A stretch of 64,000 bases of DNA, taken from positions 46,502,001-46,566,000 of the forward strand of contig NW_024704742.1 in assembly GCF_018977255.1 (NCBI RefSeq), in the 5' to 3' direction. Shown here one piece after another: positions 51,978-64,000 of the stretch. The position numbers and the translations under genes are program-made. The first letter of the stretch is position 1. Each line of letters opens with the position of its first letter. The notes beneath the pieces were generated by a model. That model was not told where the DNA came from, ran no database searches, and was given only the letters and a program-made list of their open reading frames with translations. The stretch is from Callorhinchus milii. Lineage: Eukaryota.

Positions 51978-53428
51978 CATAACATAACGTGTAGGAGCAG
52001 GAGTAGGCCATTCAGCCCTTAGAGCCTGCCCCGCCATTCAATCATGGCTGATCTTCTAATCTAACTCCAGCTAATAACCTAACCCTGCCATATCCCCATA
52101 TCCCTTAATCCCTTTTGCAATAAGAAATCTATCTATCTCAGTCTTGAATATGTTCAAGGACTGAGCGTCAACAGCCCTTTGGGGTAGTGAGTTCCATACA
52201 TTCACCACCTTTTGAGTGAAGAAGTTCTTCCTCAACTCAGTGCGAAAGGGCTGGCCTCTGATTTTAAGGTTGTGACCCTTTGTTTTAGTTTCTCCAACCA
52301 GGGGAAACAACCTCCCACTATCTACTCTATCATATATATATATATATCTTATAGGTTTCTATAAGATCCCCTCTAATTCTTCTATATTCTAGTGAATATA
52401 GGCCCAAATTGGTCAGCCTATCCTCATAACTCAACCGCTTCATCCCTGGTACTAGCCTAGTAAATCTACGCTGCACCCCCTCCAAGGCAAGTACATCCTT
52501 CCTTAAATAAGGAGACCAAACTGGACACAGTATTCCAGGTGTGGTCTCACCAGGGCCCTATACAGTTGCAGCAAGACTTCCCTACTCTTATACTCTAATC
52601 CTTTCATAATGAATGCTAACATACTGTTCGCCTTCCTAATTGCTGCTGCACCTGCAGACTAACTTTCTGTGATTGGTGTACAAGGACACCCAAGTCCCTC
52701 TGGATGCTAACACATTCTAATCTCTCTCCTTCTAAAAAATAACCCGCTCTACTGTTTTTGCTACCGAGGTGGATGACTTTGCACTTCCCTACATTATAAT
52801 TCATCTGCCACCTACCTGCCCAATCACCTAACCTATCTATGTCTCGCTGCATTTTTTAATGTCACCCTCTGTGTTGGCACTTCCTCCTAGTTTTGTGTCA
52901 TCCGCAAATTTAAATATATTAACTTTGATGTCCTCATCTAGATCGTTGATGTAGATGGTAAATAGCCGAGGCCCAAGGACTGATCCTTGTGGCACTCCAC
53001 TAGTCATATCCCACCAATCCGAAAAGGACCCGTTTATCCCTACTTTTTGTTTCCTACCCGTTAACCATTCCCCAATCCATGTATGCTCCCCATAAATCCA
53101 TGGGCCCTTATCTTTTGGACTAACCTTTTATGCGGCACTTTATCGAATGCCCTCTGGAAGTCCAAATGTACCACATTCACTGATTCACCCTTATCTAGTT
53201 TACTGGAAACGTCCTCAAAAAAACTATGAGATTTGTCAAACATGACTTCCCTTTTGTAAAGCCATGTTGACTTGGCCTAATTATATTGTGCTCCCCTAAA
53301 TAACGCACTACCACATCCTTAATCAACAATTCTAAATTTTTTCTTATCGCTGATGTGAGACTAACTGGCCTATAGTTCCCCATCTTTTCCTTTCCACCTT
53401 TTTTAAATAGTGGTGTGACATTTGCGAT
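51978..53428 (-). mobile_element. CR1 LINE 3' portion (RT plus tail)
   Basis: ANVTPLFKKGG..NYRPVSLTS, SQHGFTKGKSCLTNL, DFQRAFDKVPH and FFTQKVVNVWNSLP; reverse 3' tail. Confidence 0.95.
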
Positions 53429-53811
53429 TATAAAGAGAGCATGTGTGCTCACCGAGCTAAAAATAGTTATTTAAATGAAATTTCCTGTACCTTAGCTGGG
53501 TTTTCATCATTTAATATAAATAATAATCCTTGAATGTGATATAGCTCCAACAGAATCGAAACAGCTCTTATTATTTCATAGGGAATTGAGTGTTTTTCCA
53601 GTGAGTGTTTGTCTGCAAATGTGGTAGCCATTTTGTATTTGGAAAAACTTCTGGGGTCAAACAGACATGAAGAGGACAATCAATTTTATTCAGAGTATTG
53701 TTCACCACAGAGAGAAACTAATTTCGCTTTACAAATGGTGCCATGTTAAGGATCCAAAAGGATCTTTAACATCCTCCTGATTAGGCAGATAAGACCTTAA
53801 TGTAACGTCAT

Positions 53812-54390
53812 AGGCCCTCCTGCTTGGCTCCCATCAGTCCCTCCATACCTTGGGCGCTGACAGCATCACCCTTCACGGATGCACTCCTCAACTCACAGAG
53901 CCAATACAGAACCCATACGGAACCTCAGTGTTCTGTTTGACACAACTTCACAGGCTCCCCATCATTCAGAGGCTACAGTTCAAGTTCTTGCTCTTCACCT
54001 TAAAGCCCTCCATTGAGTTGCTTCTCCCTACCTCTGTGACCTACTAACCCCCTACCCAACCTTTCCGCTTCCTCGTTTCAGCGTGCTCCGCCTGCTTCAC
54101 GTCCCCCGCCTTGCCAGCACTAGCATTGACGTACAGCCTTCATTCTCTCTGCTCCCACCCTCTGGAACTCCATCCAGCAGTCCCTCCACGTCGTCCCCTC
54201 CCTTGTCTCCTTCCATCTCAAGATCCTCTTCTTCAACTGTGCCTTTGGCCGCCCTCCTACCCCTACCCTCCCCACCCTCCACCCTACTGATCCCAACCAC
54301 CAGCTCAGGTGCAGATCCCTGACTGTCCAGCGCCTTGGGATGCCTCCTGACGTGAAAGGTGCTTTACAAATGTAATTTGTTGTTGTTGTC
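53812..54390 (+). mobile_element. L2 3' fragment with internal deletion
   Basis: LHRLPIIQRLQFKFLLFTLK; tail with (ttg)n. Confidence 0.85.
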
Positions 54391-55249
54391 ATCTCACCTG
54401 AAGGATGACACCTCTGACCACTGCATTGGAAGGTTGGCTTTGACTGAGTTCAAAGTCCAGGCACAAAGCTTGAACTCATACCCTTTTGACCCAAAGATGA
54501 GAGTGTTAACAACTGAGCCAAATATTGACAGCACCATTGACATGTCCTTCTGAATTTTATAGCAGTGCGAGTAATGTTGATTTATTGAAAGCAGTATAAA
54601 TTGGTCCACCTGGGCTCTGTGTTTCACAAGGGAAATCTTGCATATAGTTTATATGCAACAATGGAGACTCTGCCATGGTTGCCTTCATTTTGGTGCGTTC
54701 TTAGTCCTATTTGCTTGAGATCCCAAGGGTGCTTCCCCGTCCTATTTCTTTTAGCTTTTGCAAGATTCCAAATATTTGCAACCTGAGGAATCAATAGTTA
54801 GTTTGATCTGACCTCATTGTAAGTCATACTGCTCTCTTTGGTTTTAATGCATACCAAAGCCCCATATTTAAAACAAAGCATGCACATCATTACTGTGATG
54901 TGCTGCATACATAAGAGTGCAGACTTCAACAAGATACTTTTTACTTCTTGTTTTGAATGCTTCGCTTTGACTTTTTTTTCCTGTTTCTGGGGTCTTTTAA
55001 TCCTTTCAGAAAAATATCAAGTGCCTAATTATTTTGTTTGTCAGCAAATTGACAGTGTTAATGCACCATCTTTGAGCTCTGCCTCATGTTCATTCTTGTT
55101 GCATTTCCTTATGGATCTAATTAGATTTGTTAAATGCATGTCAATTTCACGGGCTGTTTCACTAGTCCCTGTGATGTGAAACAGGCATTTAATAGTTCTA
55201 CATAGTGTAGGATGTTTTTTTCCTCAATATTTTCTGGTTCCTGCTCAGC

Positions 55250-55700
55250 ATACATAGACGGTTCAATTTGTAGTACTCTCATTTGAGTCAAAAGGTTTTG
55301 GGTTCAAGCCCCACGTCAGTCCTCAGAATTCATACAGTCTACTGCTGTCCTTCGAGTGAGATGTTAAAACTAAGATCCTATCTGCCTGTTCAGGTGGTCA
55401 TTAAAGATCCAATTGCACTATTCAAAATGAGGAGGAAGTTTCTCCCAGTGTCCTGGTCCAAAAAAAGTCATTCATTTCATGGCTGTGGGACAATGCTGTG
55501 CACAAATTGGCTGCTGTGTTTACCTACAAAATACAGTCACTATACTTAACTTTTTAAGCGCTATGAGATGCCATCTGGCATGAAAGGCATTATATGAATG
55601 CTTGTTGTTGTTGTTTACTATACTTTACAATATATCCTGTGAAGTAATTTGAGATGTCCTGCTGACGTGAAAGGAGTCATACCAAATGCAATGATTATTA
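55250..55700 (+). mobile_element. Old Deu-domain SINE with an inserted L2 tail
   Basis: Head gggttcaagccc, then tgcctgttcaggtggtcattaaagatcc, body and tail. Confidence 0.7.
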
Positions 55701-55977
55701 TAACATTCTAATTGATGTTAGAAAACAAAATGTTCCAGCATTCTCTGATTTATATTTGTTTCTCTTATTACACCTTTTTTTCCCTTGTAGTTTTTGTTTG
55801 ATTAAAACACTAACAGCAGAGGCCTCTCGGTGGCTCAAATACACTGTGGTTTGGTACTAAGACACAAAGAGCTAAGAAGTCCCCAAGATCTATCTCTGCT
55901 CTGTACCAGTTTACCATGAGAGTTGGGAAAACATCTAATCCTTCAGGATTCTTGGTCCAGAGCCTCATCTTGGAAAC

Positions 55978-57140
55978 AGCAACACAATTACATTTGTTTA
56001 GGCTTTGCACATTGGGAGGACATCCCAAGGCGCTGGACAGTCAGTGTTTCAGACCCAAGCTGGGGTTCAGGATTGGGGACGGTGGAGGATCTGGGGGAGG
56101 AAAAGGAGGGTGATCTAAGGCACGGATGAAGAAGAGGGTCTTGAGATGGGTCTTGTAGGAGGCAAGGGAGGGCACGAGGTGGAGGGACTGTGAGATGGAG
56201 TTCCAGATGGTGCGGTCAGAATGGCTGAAGGCCTGCCTGCCAATAGCGAGGCAGGGTATGTGAAGCAGGCTGGAGCCCACTGAGCGTAGGGAGCAGGCAG
56301 GTTGGTAGGGGGTTAGGAAGTTGTACAGATAGGGGGGAGCAAGGCCATGGAGGGCTTTGTAAGTGAGGACCAGGATCTTAAACTATATCCTCTGTATAAT
56401 AGAAACAACTAGTGGAGTTGGGTGCGGATGGAGGTGATGGGGCCACAGAGCCTGGTGTGGGAGAGGACACGGGTTGCAGAGTTCTGAATGATCTGCAGCC
56501 TATGGAGGGAGGAGTTGGGGAGGCCAACAAGCAGAGAGTTTGCATAGTCAAGCCTGAATGTTATGAATGCATGTATGAGGGTTTCGGTGGCCTGCGGTGT
56601 GAGACAGTGTCGTAGCCGGGCGATGTTGTGGAGGTTGGGGAAGGCAGAGCGGGTCATGGCAAGTATGTGGGGTAGAAACAAGAGGGTTGCCAAGGTTTTG
56701 GACTGGCTTAGTAAGGTAGAGTGTACATCCTTGGATTGTGATGCTGTCAGTGCCTGAGGTGTGGAGGCACTGACGGAAGCCAATCAGGAGGGCCTCGGTC
56801 TTGTTGACATTTAACTGAAGGAAGCTGGCTCTCATCCAAGACTTGATGTCTGACAGATATTCTGTCAGAACAGCAATGATCCTGGAGTCGAGGGTAGAGG
56901 CAGAGCGATAGAGTTGGGTGTCATCCGCATACATGTGGAAGCTGACCCCGTTTCTGCGGATGATGTCACCAAGTGGGAGCATATAGGTATTGAAGACTGA
57001 GGTGACTAAGGACAGAGCCCTGAGGAATGCTACAGGAGACGGTGCAGGGGCTAGTGGAGAAGCTGTTTGTGGAGACGAAGTGGAGATCGTGTGCGAGGTG
57101 CTTTCCTTGAGGCTGACATGGTTCCAAGTCGAGTAGGTGT
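55978..57140 (-). mobile_element. L2 3' fragment (RT)
   Basis: IPQGSVL, FHMYADDTQLY, LDYANSLLVGLP; reverse tail. Confidence 0.95.
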
Positions 57141-57159
57141 AGTGTAGTTTCAATGGTGA

Positions 57160-57490
57160 GGTGGTTAGTGCTGTAGTTTACGGGACTTTCTGCTTCAAAT
57201 CCCAATCCATGCTGAGTTTTCTGGACTCAGCCAGGACTGCATGGGGAGGCTAAATTGACCCTAGTGTTCCCAAGTTTAGGGAGCGGGAAGCCATCCAGGT
57301 ATCCTGCTCCTGATCCCTCTGCAGCACTAGTTGTGAGTCTGTGATAGTCAGATAAGAAAAGTTCAGGCTTGGCTGCGGTCTAGTGGAGTGCCAACAGTCA
57401 CTGCCAAGGCTCAGACGAGAACAATGGCAACTTGGTTGAGTTACTGGAGAGCAGTCAGTGCCTTTGGAACCACACCCCCAGCAAGAATAG
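57160..57490 (+). mobile_element. Ancient SINE (AmnSINE2-like)
   Basis: tgctgagttttctggactcagcc...cctgctcctgatc...aggcttggctg...aatggcaacttgg...ggaaccacacccccagcaaga; family name from recall only. Confidence 0.5.
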
Positions 57491-60400
57491 GTCAGACCAG
57501 AAGCAGAGAGGTAGATGCTTAGTGGGAAAATTAGACAACAGTAATTGGATAAAATAATTTATTAATAACATAGAAAACAGCAGAAATCCCTGACAATGGT
57601 GTATCGGAATTAGGTCAACACTTTGTGGTGGTTTTGGTAATTTGGTTCCTCCGTCTGCAGTTAGCTGCTTGTTTATTGAGTTATCCGTGTGCCTTTCAAT
57701 CCATTATTGAACAGCAACTCACGTAGAGAGGAATATTTGTGTAATTCGTATTTGTGATTCCAAAACATCACATATCAAGAGAGGACTGCACTTTTATCTG
57801 CAGTTTATTCCTGAAAGAAAATCACTGTCATATAGATAAGCTAAATACAGTCACTACACTTCACAAGAATCCTCTGAAGTACTTTGAGACATCCTCCCAC
57901 CATGAACAGGGCTATATCAAAAGCAGAGATTATTCTTATTAACATTCCATATTCAAAACAGTGGAGAGGAAAGAAAATTTGCATTGTTTATGCAGAGAAC
58001 TTTCATTCATAACCTGTGGTTTACAGATTATTTTTTCATTGTTGCAATTTAATTTGCTGGGTTAGTTAGACACTTCATTCCATTAATATTCTGGCAAGAT
58101 AATCCTTTGTGGAAACTATGAAAATTTGCTTGACTGGATTTCTAAAAAAAAACAAAGCATTCTGTGAAAAAATATGATTGCCTAATTATTTTGAAAAATG
58201 AGATCATTTGTTCATTTTGAACAAGTCTATGGTAGGTGTAGTCACACAATTATTAAATTCTGTTTTGGTCAGCCAGGTATCTGATAAATGCGGAAACCCA
58301 TCACCATGATTGAGATTATCTAAAACAGGCAAGAGTTCCATGCATACCACCTACACTTGAAAATGTCCATGGAATATGCGCCTTCTCCCCACAGAGATGC
58401 ATCTGCTTAGCTAATTCGGGAGAATATCAGGCACAGGTTGGGAAGAGCCAAGGCTAGGGAACCCCAGTGTGTGTATTGGGTTACTCTGCTACTCAAACAG
58501 TCTCATGTCAACACAGCACTCATTTAACACAACACTGCTCAATCTAATAGGAGTATTTCTCAAAGCGTTTTAAAAAAAGTGGGTTTATTTTCCATCTCCT
58601 TATTTGAAAGCATCAAACAAACAAACCAATGATATCTAATTTGAGAGCAAATTTTGTTTTAGTCAAAAGATAATGAATATTCCGAACTGCTGGAAAGGTC
58701 AATTAGGATCAAATACGTGTTCATTACCAGCTGAGAATGTGTACAGAAAAAATTACGCTTGTCCCTGTTCATGACAACAGTACAGTAATAGGTAGATTAA
58801 GGGGCACATAAACACTGCATTAGATTCTGGTAAGCCGCAAAGTACAGCAGGAAATATCAACCAATAAAATCAAGACTTTTTCAACTTCCAATGTAAGCAT
58901 CTTTAATGTAGCAATTTGGCTGTTTTAAATTCACGCTGCTTTTCATTCCATTGTCTTCAGTATTACAAAGAAAAAATTCTCCCTGAGTCAGATCAAAGGG
59001 GCAAAGAATGTTTGCTTGCTTGCTTTAAAAGGACATTGTTGGTCAAGTTAGTGTGAATCATCAACATTTGACCCATTTTACAATCATTTTGTGGTCATGA
59101 CTCAGTGATAACTCAAAATGTTTTCAATTGCCAACAACTTGTCTTTGCTTTCATCTTCTCCAGGCTTTACTGGCTCTCAGTACCCCAGTGGAGCAATTTT
59201 AAGATCCTTGTCCTGACTTTCCAATCCCTTCATGATCTCGCTTCTCCCTACCTGTGAGATATCCTTATCTTATTTCTATTATTTTGCTCTCTGCTTCTTC
59301 TATTATGGTCTATTATTTGTTCCGTACTCCCAGTGCTCCACAATTAGTGGTTCAGCCTCCAGCAACTATACCCCTGCCCTATAGAATTTGCTTCCAAAAT
59401 CACTTTGCCTGCCTTCAAGACTCTTGTAGAAACCAGTGTATTCAACCACGCTACAAGTCAATATCAAATACACAAGTACATTTGACATGATGGGCCAAAT
59501 GGTCATCTTCAGTTCTGTAAGTTTCTACACTGACATCACACTTCACAGTAAAATCCCATGAAGCAGTTAGTGACTTCTCAACGACCTGATAAGATGCTAT
59601 ATCAAATACAAGAATTATTATATTATTACTATCATCCTTAACTCTCCCTTTCTTCTTCCGATTCTAACTCTCCATCATATTAATTAAATATTTTGAGACA
59701 TTCATTATGCATGAAGTGTGCAATGTACATTTTAGCTGTTGTGGCATGAAAGCTGACTGTACTCTCCTGTCTACAGCAAATATTATAGATGATTGAGTTA
59801 TCTGTGTGACTTTCAATTCGCCATTGAATGACAACCCTACCCTAGCAATAATTGGGGATAAATGGAATATTCACTCACAAGCACAGTGATTTTTTTTATT
59901 GGAATCCTCCTGAGCAAAATTGCAAGTTAAGACATTCTGCATACTTCAATTAGATTTTTAAACCTCATGGAGCTTCTGTTTGCCTTTCATTTAAATAGAA
60001 ATCATATTTTCATTACTTCCTGGTTGGAAAATAACTAAAGTCGTTTTTCAAAAAAAAAACTTTTCGTGTTCCACGGTTCACTTGTGTTTGCAAAAATAAA
60101 GTTGATTATAAATTACAGAGTCGTTAACATAACTGAAACAAAACAGTGTATGATGCAAAGATGCTTTTGGAAGGCACATGTGTAGAAAGGATAAGCAATC
60201 AGGGATTTCCTAGTGTTTTTAATTATGAATCCAAATTCTCAGAGGGTAGGTTAATCTTGCTTTGTGGGGAGTCAAAATAGAGTTTAATAGTGAATATTGC
60301 CAAGACGTCTCAAAGAGCTCCACAGGATATACTGTAAAGTGGATTGGCTGTGTATTTTGTGGGTGAAATTGAGCAGCCAGCTAGCTCTTAGCAATGTCCC

Positions 60401-60879
60401 ACAAACAGGATTTTGTCCTTTTGTCTGAGAGGATTATGTTTTTTACTTTATTTGTCAAGAAAAATATAATTTAACCTGGAAGATAAGACTGAAAGATTAT
60501 TCTCTACCAGAAATGGGAGGAAATAAGATTCTAGCAATGCGAAAATTGTAAGAGTTTCAGAATTGCAAACCTTTAAAATGAGCCCTCACTGGTGAACCCA
60601 GAAGATTTCTTTACTGCTACTATGTAAAAGGCCAGTTTGACTATTTTTGCTTTAGCCGACTCCAAGGCAGGAGCAACATGTACATTCAATAATACGTTTC
60701 CTGGATGGTTTCAATTTCGCTCCAGTTAACGGTTGATTCTATTACATTCAGCTTCTTAAGTGTTAAATTCATTGAACTACTTCAGCACTTAATGAAGGGA
60801 AAATCTGATTTTCAATTCTCTTTTCCAGCAATATTTTAATAAGAATGTACTGGTCAAATGAAATATATTTGATTTATAA

Positions 60880-61060
60880 CTGGGACACTAAAATTGCTCT
60901 CAGCTCTACGGTTAGAGGAAGAGAAAATCGCCAAGGAATCCACCATTGATTGTCCTTAGTGGCTTCGCTGGTAGTGCAAGTGTATGGACATCAGATAAAT
61001 TGGGCTCAGTTACAATGGTCAAATAGCCTGTAGGCATTCACAATATGTTTCACATGAATA
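60880..61060 (+). mobile_element. Ancient SINE (AmnSINE2-like) fragment
   Basis: gtgtatggacatcag...gggctcag...ggtcaaatagcctg...tcacatgaa. Confidence 0.4.
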
Positions 61061-61071
61061 ATAACCTTTTA
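61037..61071 (+). repeat. 35-bp perfect direct repeat, copy 1
   Basis: ttcacaatatgtttcacatgaataataacctttta is identical at 63004-63038. Confidence 0.9.
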
Positions 61072-61710
61072 GTTGAGATGCTGCTTTCAGCCGTTCTACC
61101 CCCACTCTCTGGAACTCCATCCCAGAGTCCTCTGACTCACCTCCTCCTTCCTAAATTTCAATTAGTAATAGAGAATGACAAATTACATTCCTCTTCCTGT
61201 TTAAACCCACAATCTATTGGGAATACATTCAAGTGTGCTTTGTTGAGATGTTGTGTGGAAATTAACATGAATTACAAAATGGTAATTAATTTGCTGCTCT
61301 TGAGTAATGAAATTCTCTCCTGATAAATGAATTGTTGAGTAGTGGTATTAAGGGATGACAAATGACCAACTTGTGTCTCCTTGTGGGGTGGGGGGGGATA
61401 TAAGCAGGATCTCCTTATAGCTGAGCTGGCTTCAAGGTGACCTGCTTGGCAATGGAATGCCAGATTCGAGTCACCCCTCTGTGAGAGTCCCAGTAGGCTG
61501 GTTCCTGAGCCAGCTGTGCCCACAGAACTCAAAGGCATTGCTGACAATTCAGCCAGATTGGCTTACTGGTAGGACTTAGAGGAGCAAATCAATCCTTCGG
61601 GGCAGGGATTTTTCCCATTCAGTTCCTGTTAAGCTCTCTTGAGATGCCACCCTGTGTGGAGTGTGCTATATAACTGCAAGTTGTGGTTGTTGTTAACTTT
61701 GCAAACCAAA

Positions 61711-61990
61711 ACCCTAATGGGTAGGGTGGTCCTAGCTGGGAAGCCTGACGGACAGTGTTCTCAATAGCAAGCTAAGAGGTTTTAGCAGGTTAAACTCCAG
61801 CAATACCCAACGCACAGTCTGGAAACCACAAACCTTAGCTCTTGCCAACCTGAGCCTAATCTCCAGAATTAAGTAAACAGAGTACATCCTTTCAGAGAAC
61901 AAGTGCACATTCCAGATACAAGGACATTTCCATCTGTAGATGGCATGCATATGTGGAACTCCCAGTCTGGTTTAAATACTTTTAAGCGTG
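61711..61990. repeat. Unclassified interspersed repeat, copy 2
   Basis: gggtagggtggtcct..gctgg, ggttttagc.ggtta.actccagca and caacctg.gcctaat are shared with 43180-43500. Confidence 0.7.
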
Positions 61991-62586
61991 ATGCACGTAT
62001 CATAGATGCGGCTAACCAAAAAAAAGTGATGAAGTTATTTATTTTTTTAAAAAAGTGCATTAAATCCTAGACATCTTATGTCATATACAAATGGTATATA
62101 AATACTGCATGCATTGTGCATCAGCTCACAGCTCACAGTAAATGTTTGCAATTTCAAAGTTATCTTCAGTTCCTTCAACTGTGGGGATATCTTAGCACAA
62201 AATCTAATCAACACATTTTATCCCATTTCCCCTGTATCAAGAGAGGCTGTCCTCACCAAAATGGATAGCCAAAGAAATACACGACTTCTGTTTTTTTAGA
62301 TGCCCTATCTATACATAGCTTCTGATAGAGTTGTTATGCTTCCATTCTTAACATTTTTATGAGTGGTGACAATTAATTTAAACATTAAGAAAAGGGTTGT
62401 ATTAAAGCAACTTGGACTCTGCACTTTAACTGACTGAGAGATAAGTTGCTCTTGTAGAAAAATATTACTTACTGGTCTAATTATCTTCCAGCACTGAATG
62501 TGGTCTCACTATACAGATCACTATCTGGTTTTGCTGTGTCTCAATAAATTGCTCTTATTTTACTGAATTTTCCTGGTACTCACATA

Positions 62587-62977
62587 CAAAGCCCTCCATG
62601 GCCTCGCCCCACCCTACCTCTGCGACCTCCTAACCCCCTACTAACCCATCCGCTCCCTCCGCTCAGCAGGCTCTGGCCTGCTCCACGTTGTCCGACCCAC
62701 CCGCCCCACCATTGGCGGGAGAGCCTTCAGCCACTCTGCCCTCAACCTCTGGAATTCCATTCCCCAGTCACTCTGCCTCGCCCCCTCCTTAGCCTCCTTC
62801 AAGTCCCTCCTCAAGACCCTCCTCTTCGACCATGCTATCATCCACCCCCCTTTCCCTCTCCTCCCTTATCCCCCACAACCCTAGCTCGGGTCTGAAATGC
62901 TGTACTCTGTCCACCACCTTGGGACATCCTCCCGACGTGAAAGCTGCTATACACATGTAATCTTCTTGTTGTTGTTG
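62587..62977 (+). mobile_element. L2 3' fragment
   Basis: aaagccctccatggcctcgcc...ctcaagaccctcctcttcgac...gggacatcctcccgacgtgaa followed by (ttg)n. Confidence 0.9.
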
Positions 62978-63003
62978 AATTCTGAGCAATACTCCATTCA
63001 ACT

Positions 63004-63038
63004 TTCACAATATGTTTCACATGAATAATAACCTTTTA
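63004..63038 (+). repeat. 35-bp perfect direct repeat, copy 2
   Basis: Identical to 61037-61071. Confidence 0.9.
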
Positions 63039-63117
63039 CCTATAGGCTAAAGCCCACATTTCTTTTGTCCATTGACAAGAGACATGGTTCAGATGTGCTA
63101 TAAAAGGAATAACACAT

Positions 63118-64000
63118 TTGCTCCCTCTTGGTGACATCATCCGTAGGCATGGGGGTCAACTTCATGTACAAGGATGACACCCAACTCTATCTTTCTGCCT
63201 CCACCCTCGACTCCAGAACCACTGCTGTCCTGAATGTCTGTCTGTCAAACACCAAGTTCTGGATGAGGGCCAACTTTCTACAGTTGGATGTCAGCAAGAC
63301 TGAGGCCCTCCTGATCGGCTCGCACCAGCGCTTCCGCACCTCAGGCACTGGCAGCATCAGCATCAATGGATGCACACTCCACCTCACCATGCCAGTCAGG
63401 AACCTGGGCATCTTGTTTGACCCTCATCTGTCCTTTATCCCCCACATTCATGCCATGACCTGCTCCGCCTTCCCCCATCTCTGCAACATCACTCGGCTCC
63501 GCCACTGCCTCATTCTTCAGGCCGCCGTAACCCTCATACATGCCTTCATTACAACCAGGCTCGACTATGCCAATGCCCTGCTTGTTGGCCTTCCCAACTC
63601 TTCAATTGATCATACAGAACACTGCAGCTTGTGTCCGTTTCATGGCCCCATCAACCCCACCCTCGAATGGCTCCCCACCCCTCAGAGAATCGCGTTCTAA
63701 CTTCTTGTCCTCACCCTCAAGGCCCTCCATTGCCTTGCCCCTTCCTATCTCTCTGACCTACTAACACCATACCAACCTGTCCGCTCCCTCTGCTCAGCAG
63801 GCTCCGGCCTGCTCCATGAGCCCCACCCAGCCCGCACCACCCTCAGCGGTCAGGCCGTCAGCCTCGCTGCCCCCATCCTCTGGAACTCCATCCGACAATC
63901 CCTTTGCCTTTCTCTCTCCCTTGCCTCCTTCAAGGCACACCTCAAGACCCTCCTGCTCACCTGTGCCTTCGGCTACCGTCCTATCTTCTCTACCCTCCAC
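63118..64000 (+). mobile_element. L2 RT/3' fragment running off the window end
   Basis: [37 protein letters not shown]. Confidence 0.95.

Noticed and set aside
1..64000. CRISPR array, prokaryotic defence system, or intact autonomous transposon
   Set aside because: No regularly spaced repeats or operon-like gene density; every RT or endonuclease frame has stops, frameshifts or truncations

Overview
Vertebrate non-coding genomic DNA, most likely an intron or intergenic region of a cartilaginous fish. This assignment is inferred from the CR1, L2 and tRNA-SINE repertoire and was not checked against a database. No host protein-coding gene is recognisable, and there is no prokaryotic operon, CRISPR array, rRNA or true tRNA gene. 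The long ORFs in the track are decayed LINE ORF2 pieces or their antisense shadows. The window holds four large decayed CR1 copies, many L2 3' fragments and one near full-length single-ORF L2 (43905-47590). It also holds several generations of L2-mobilised tRNA-derived SINEs, a solo LTR with a 5-bp TSD, a hAT MITE and other MITE-like remnants. The most notable structures are a candidate spliceosomal intron plus promoter motifs in the L2 5'UTR and a ~500-bp inverted duplication of a composite repeat block. Also notable are tail-to-tail L2 hairpins, SINE/L2 3' stem-loop co-evolution, a perfect 35-bp direct repeat 1.97 kb apart, and an unclassified two-copy repeat. Boundaries of old repeats were set by eye and are approximate.
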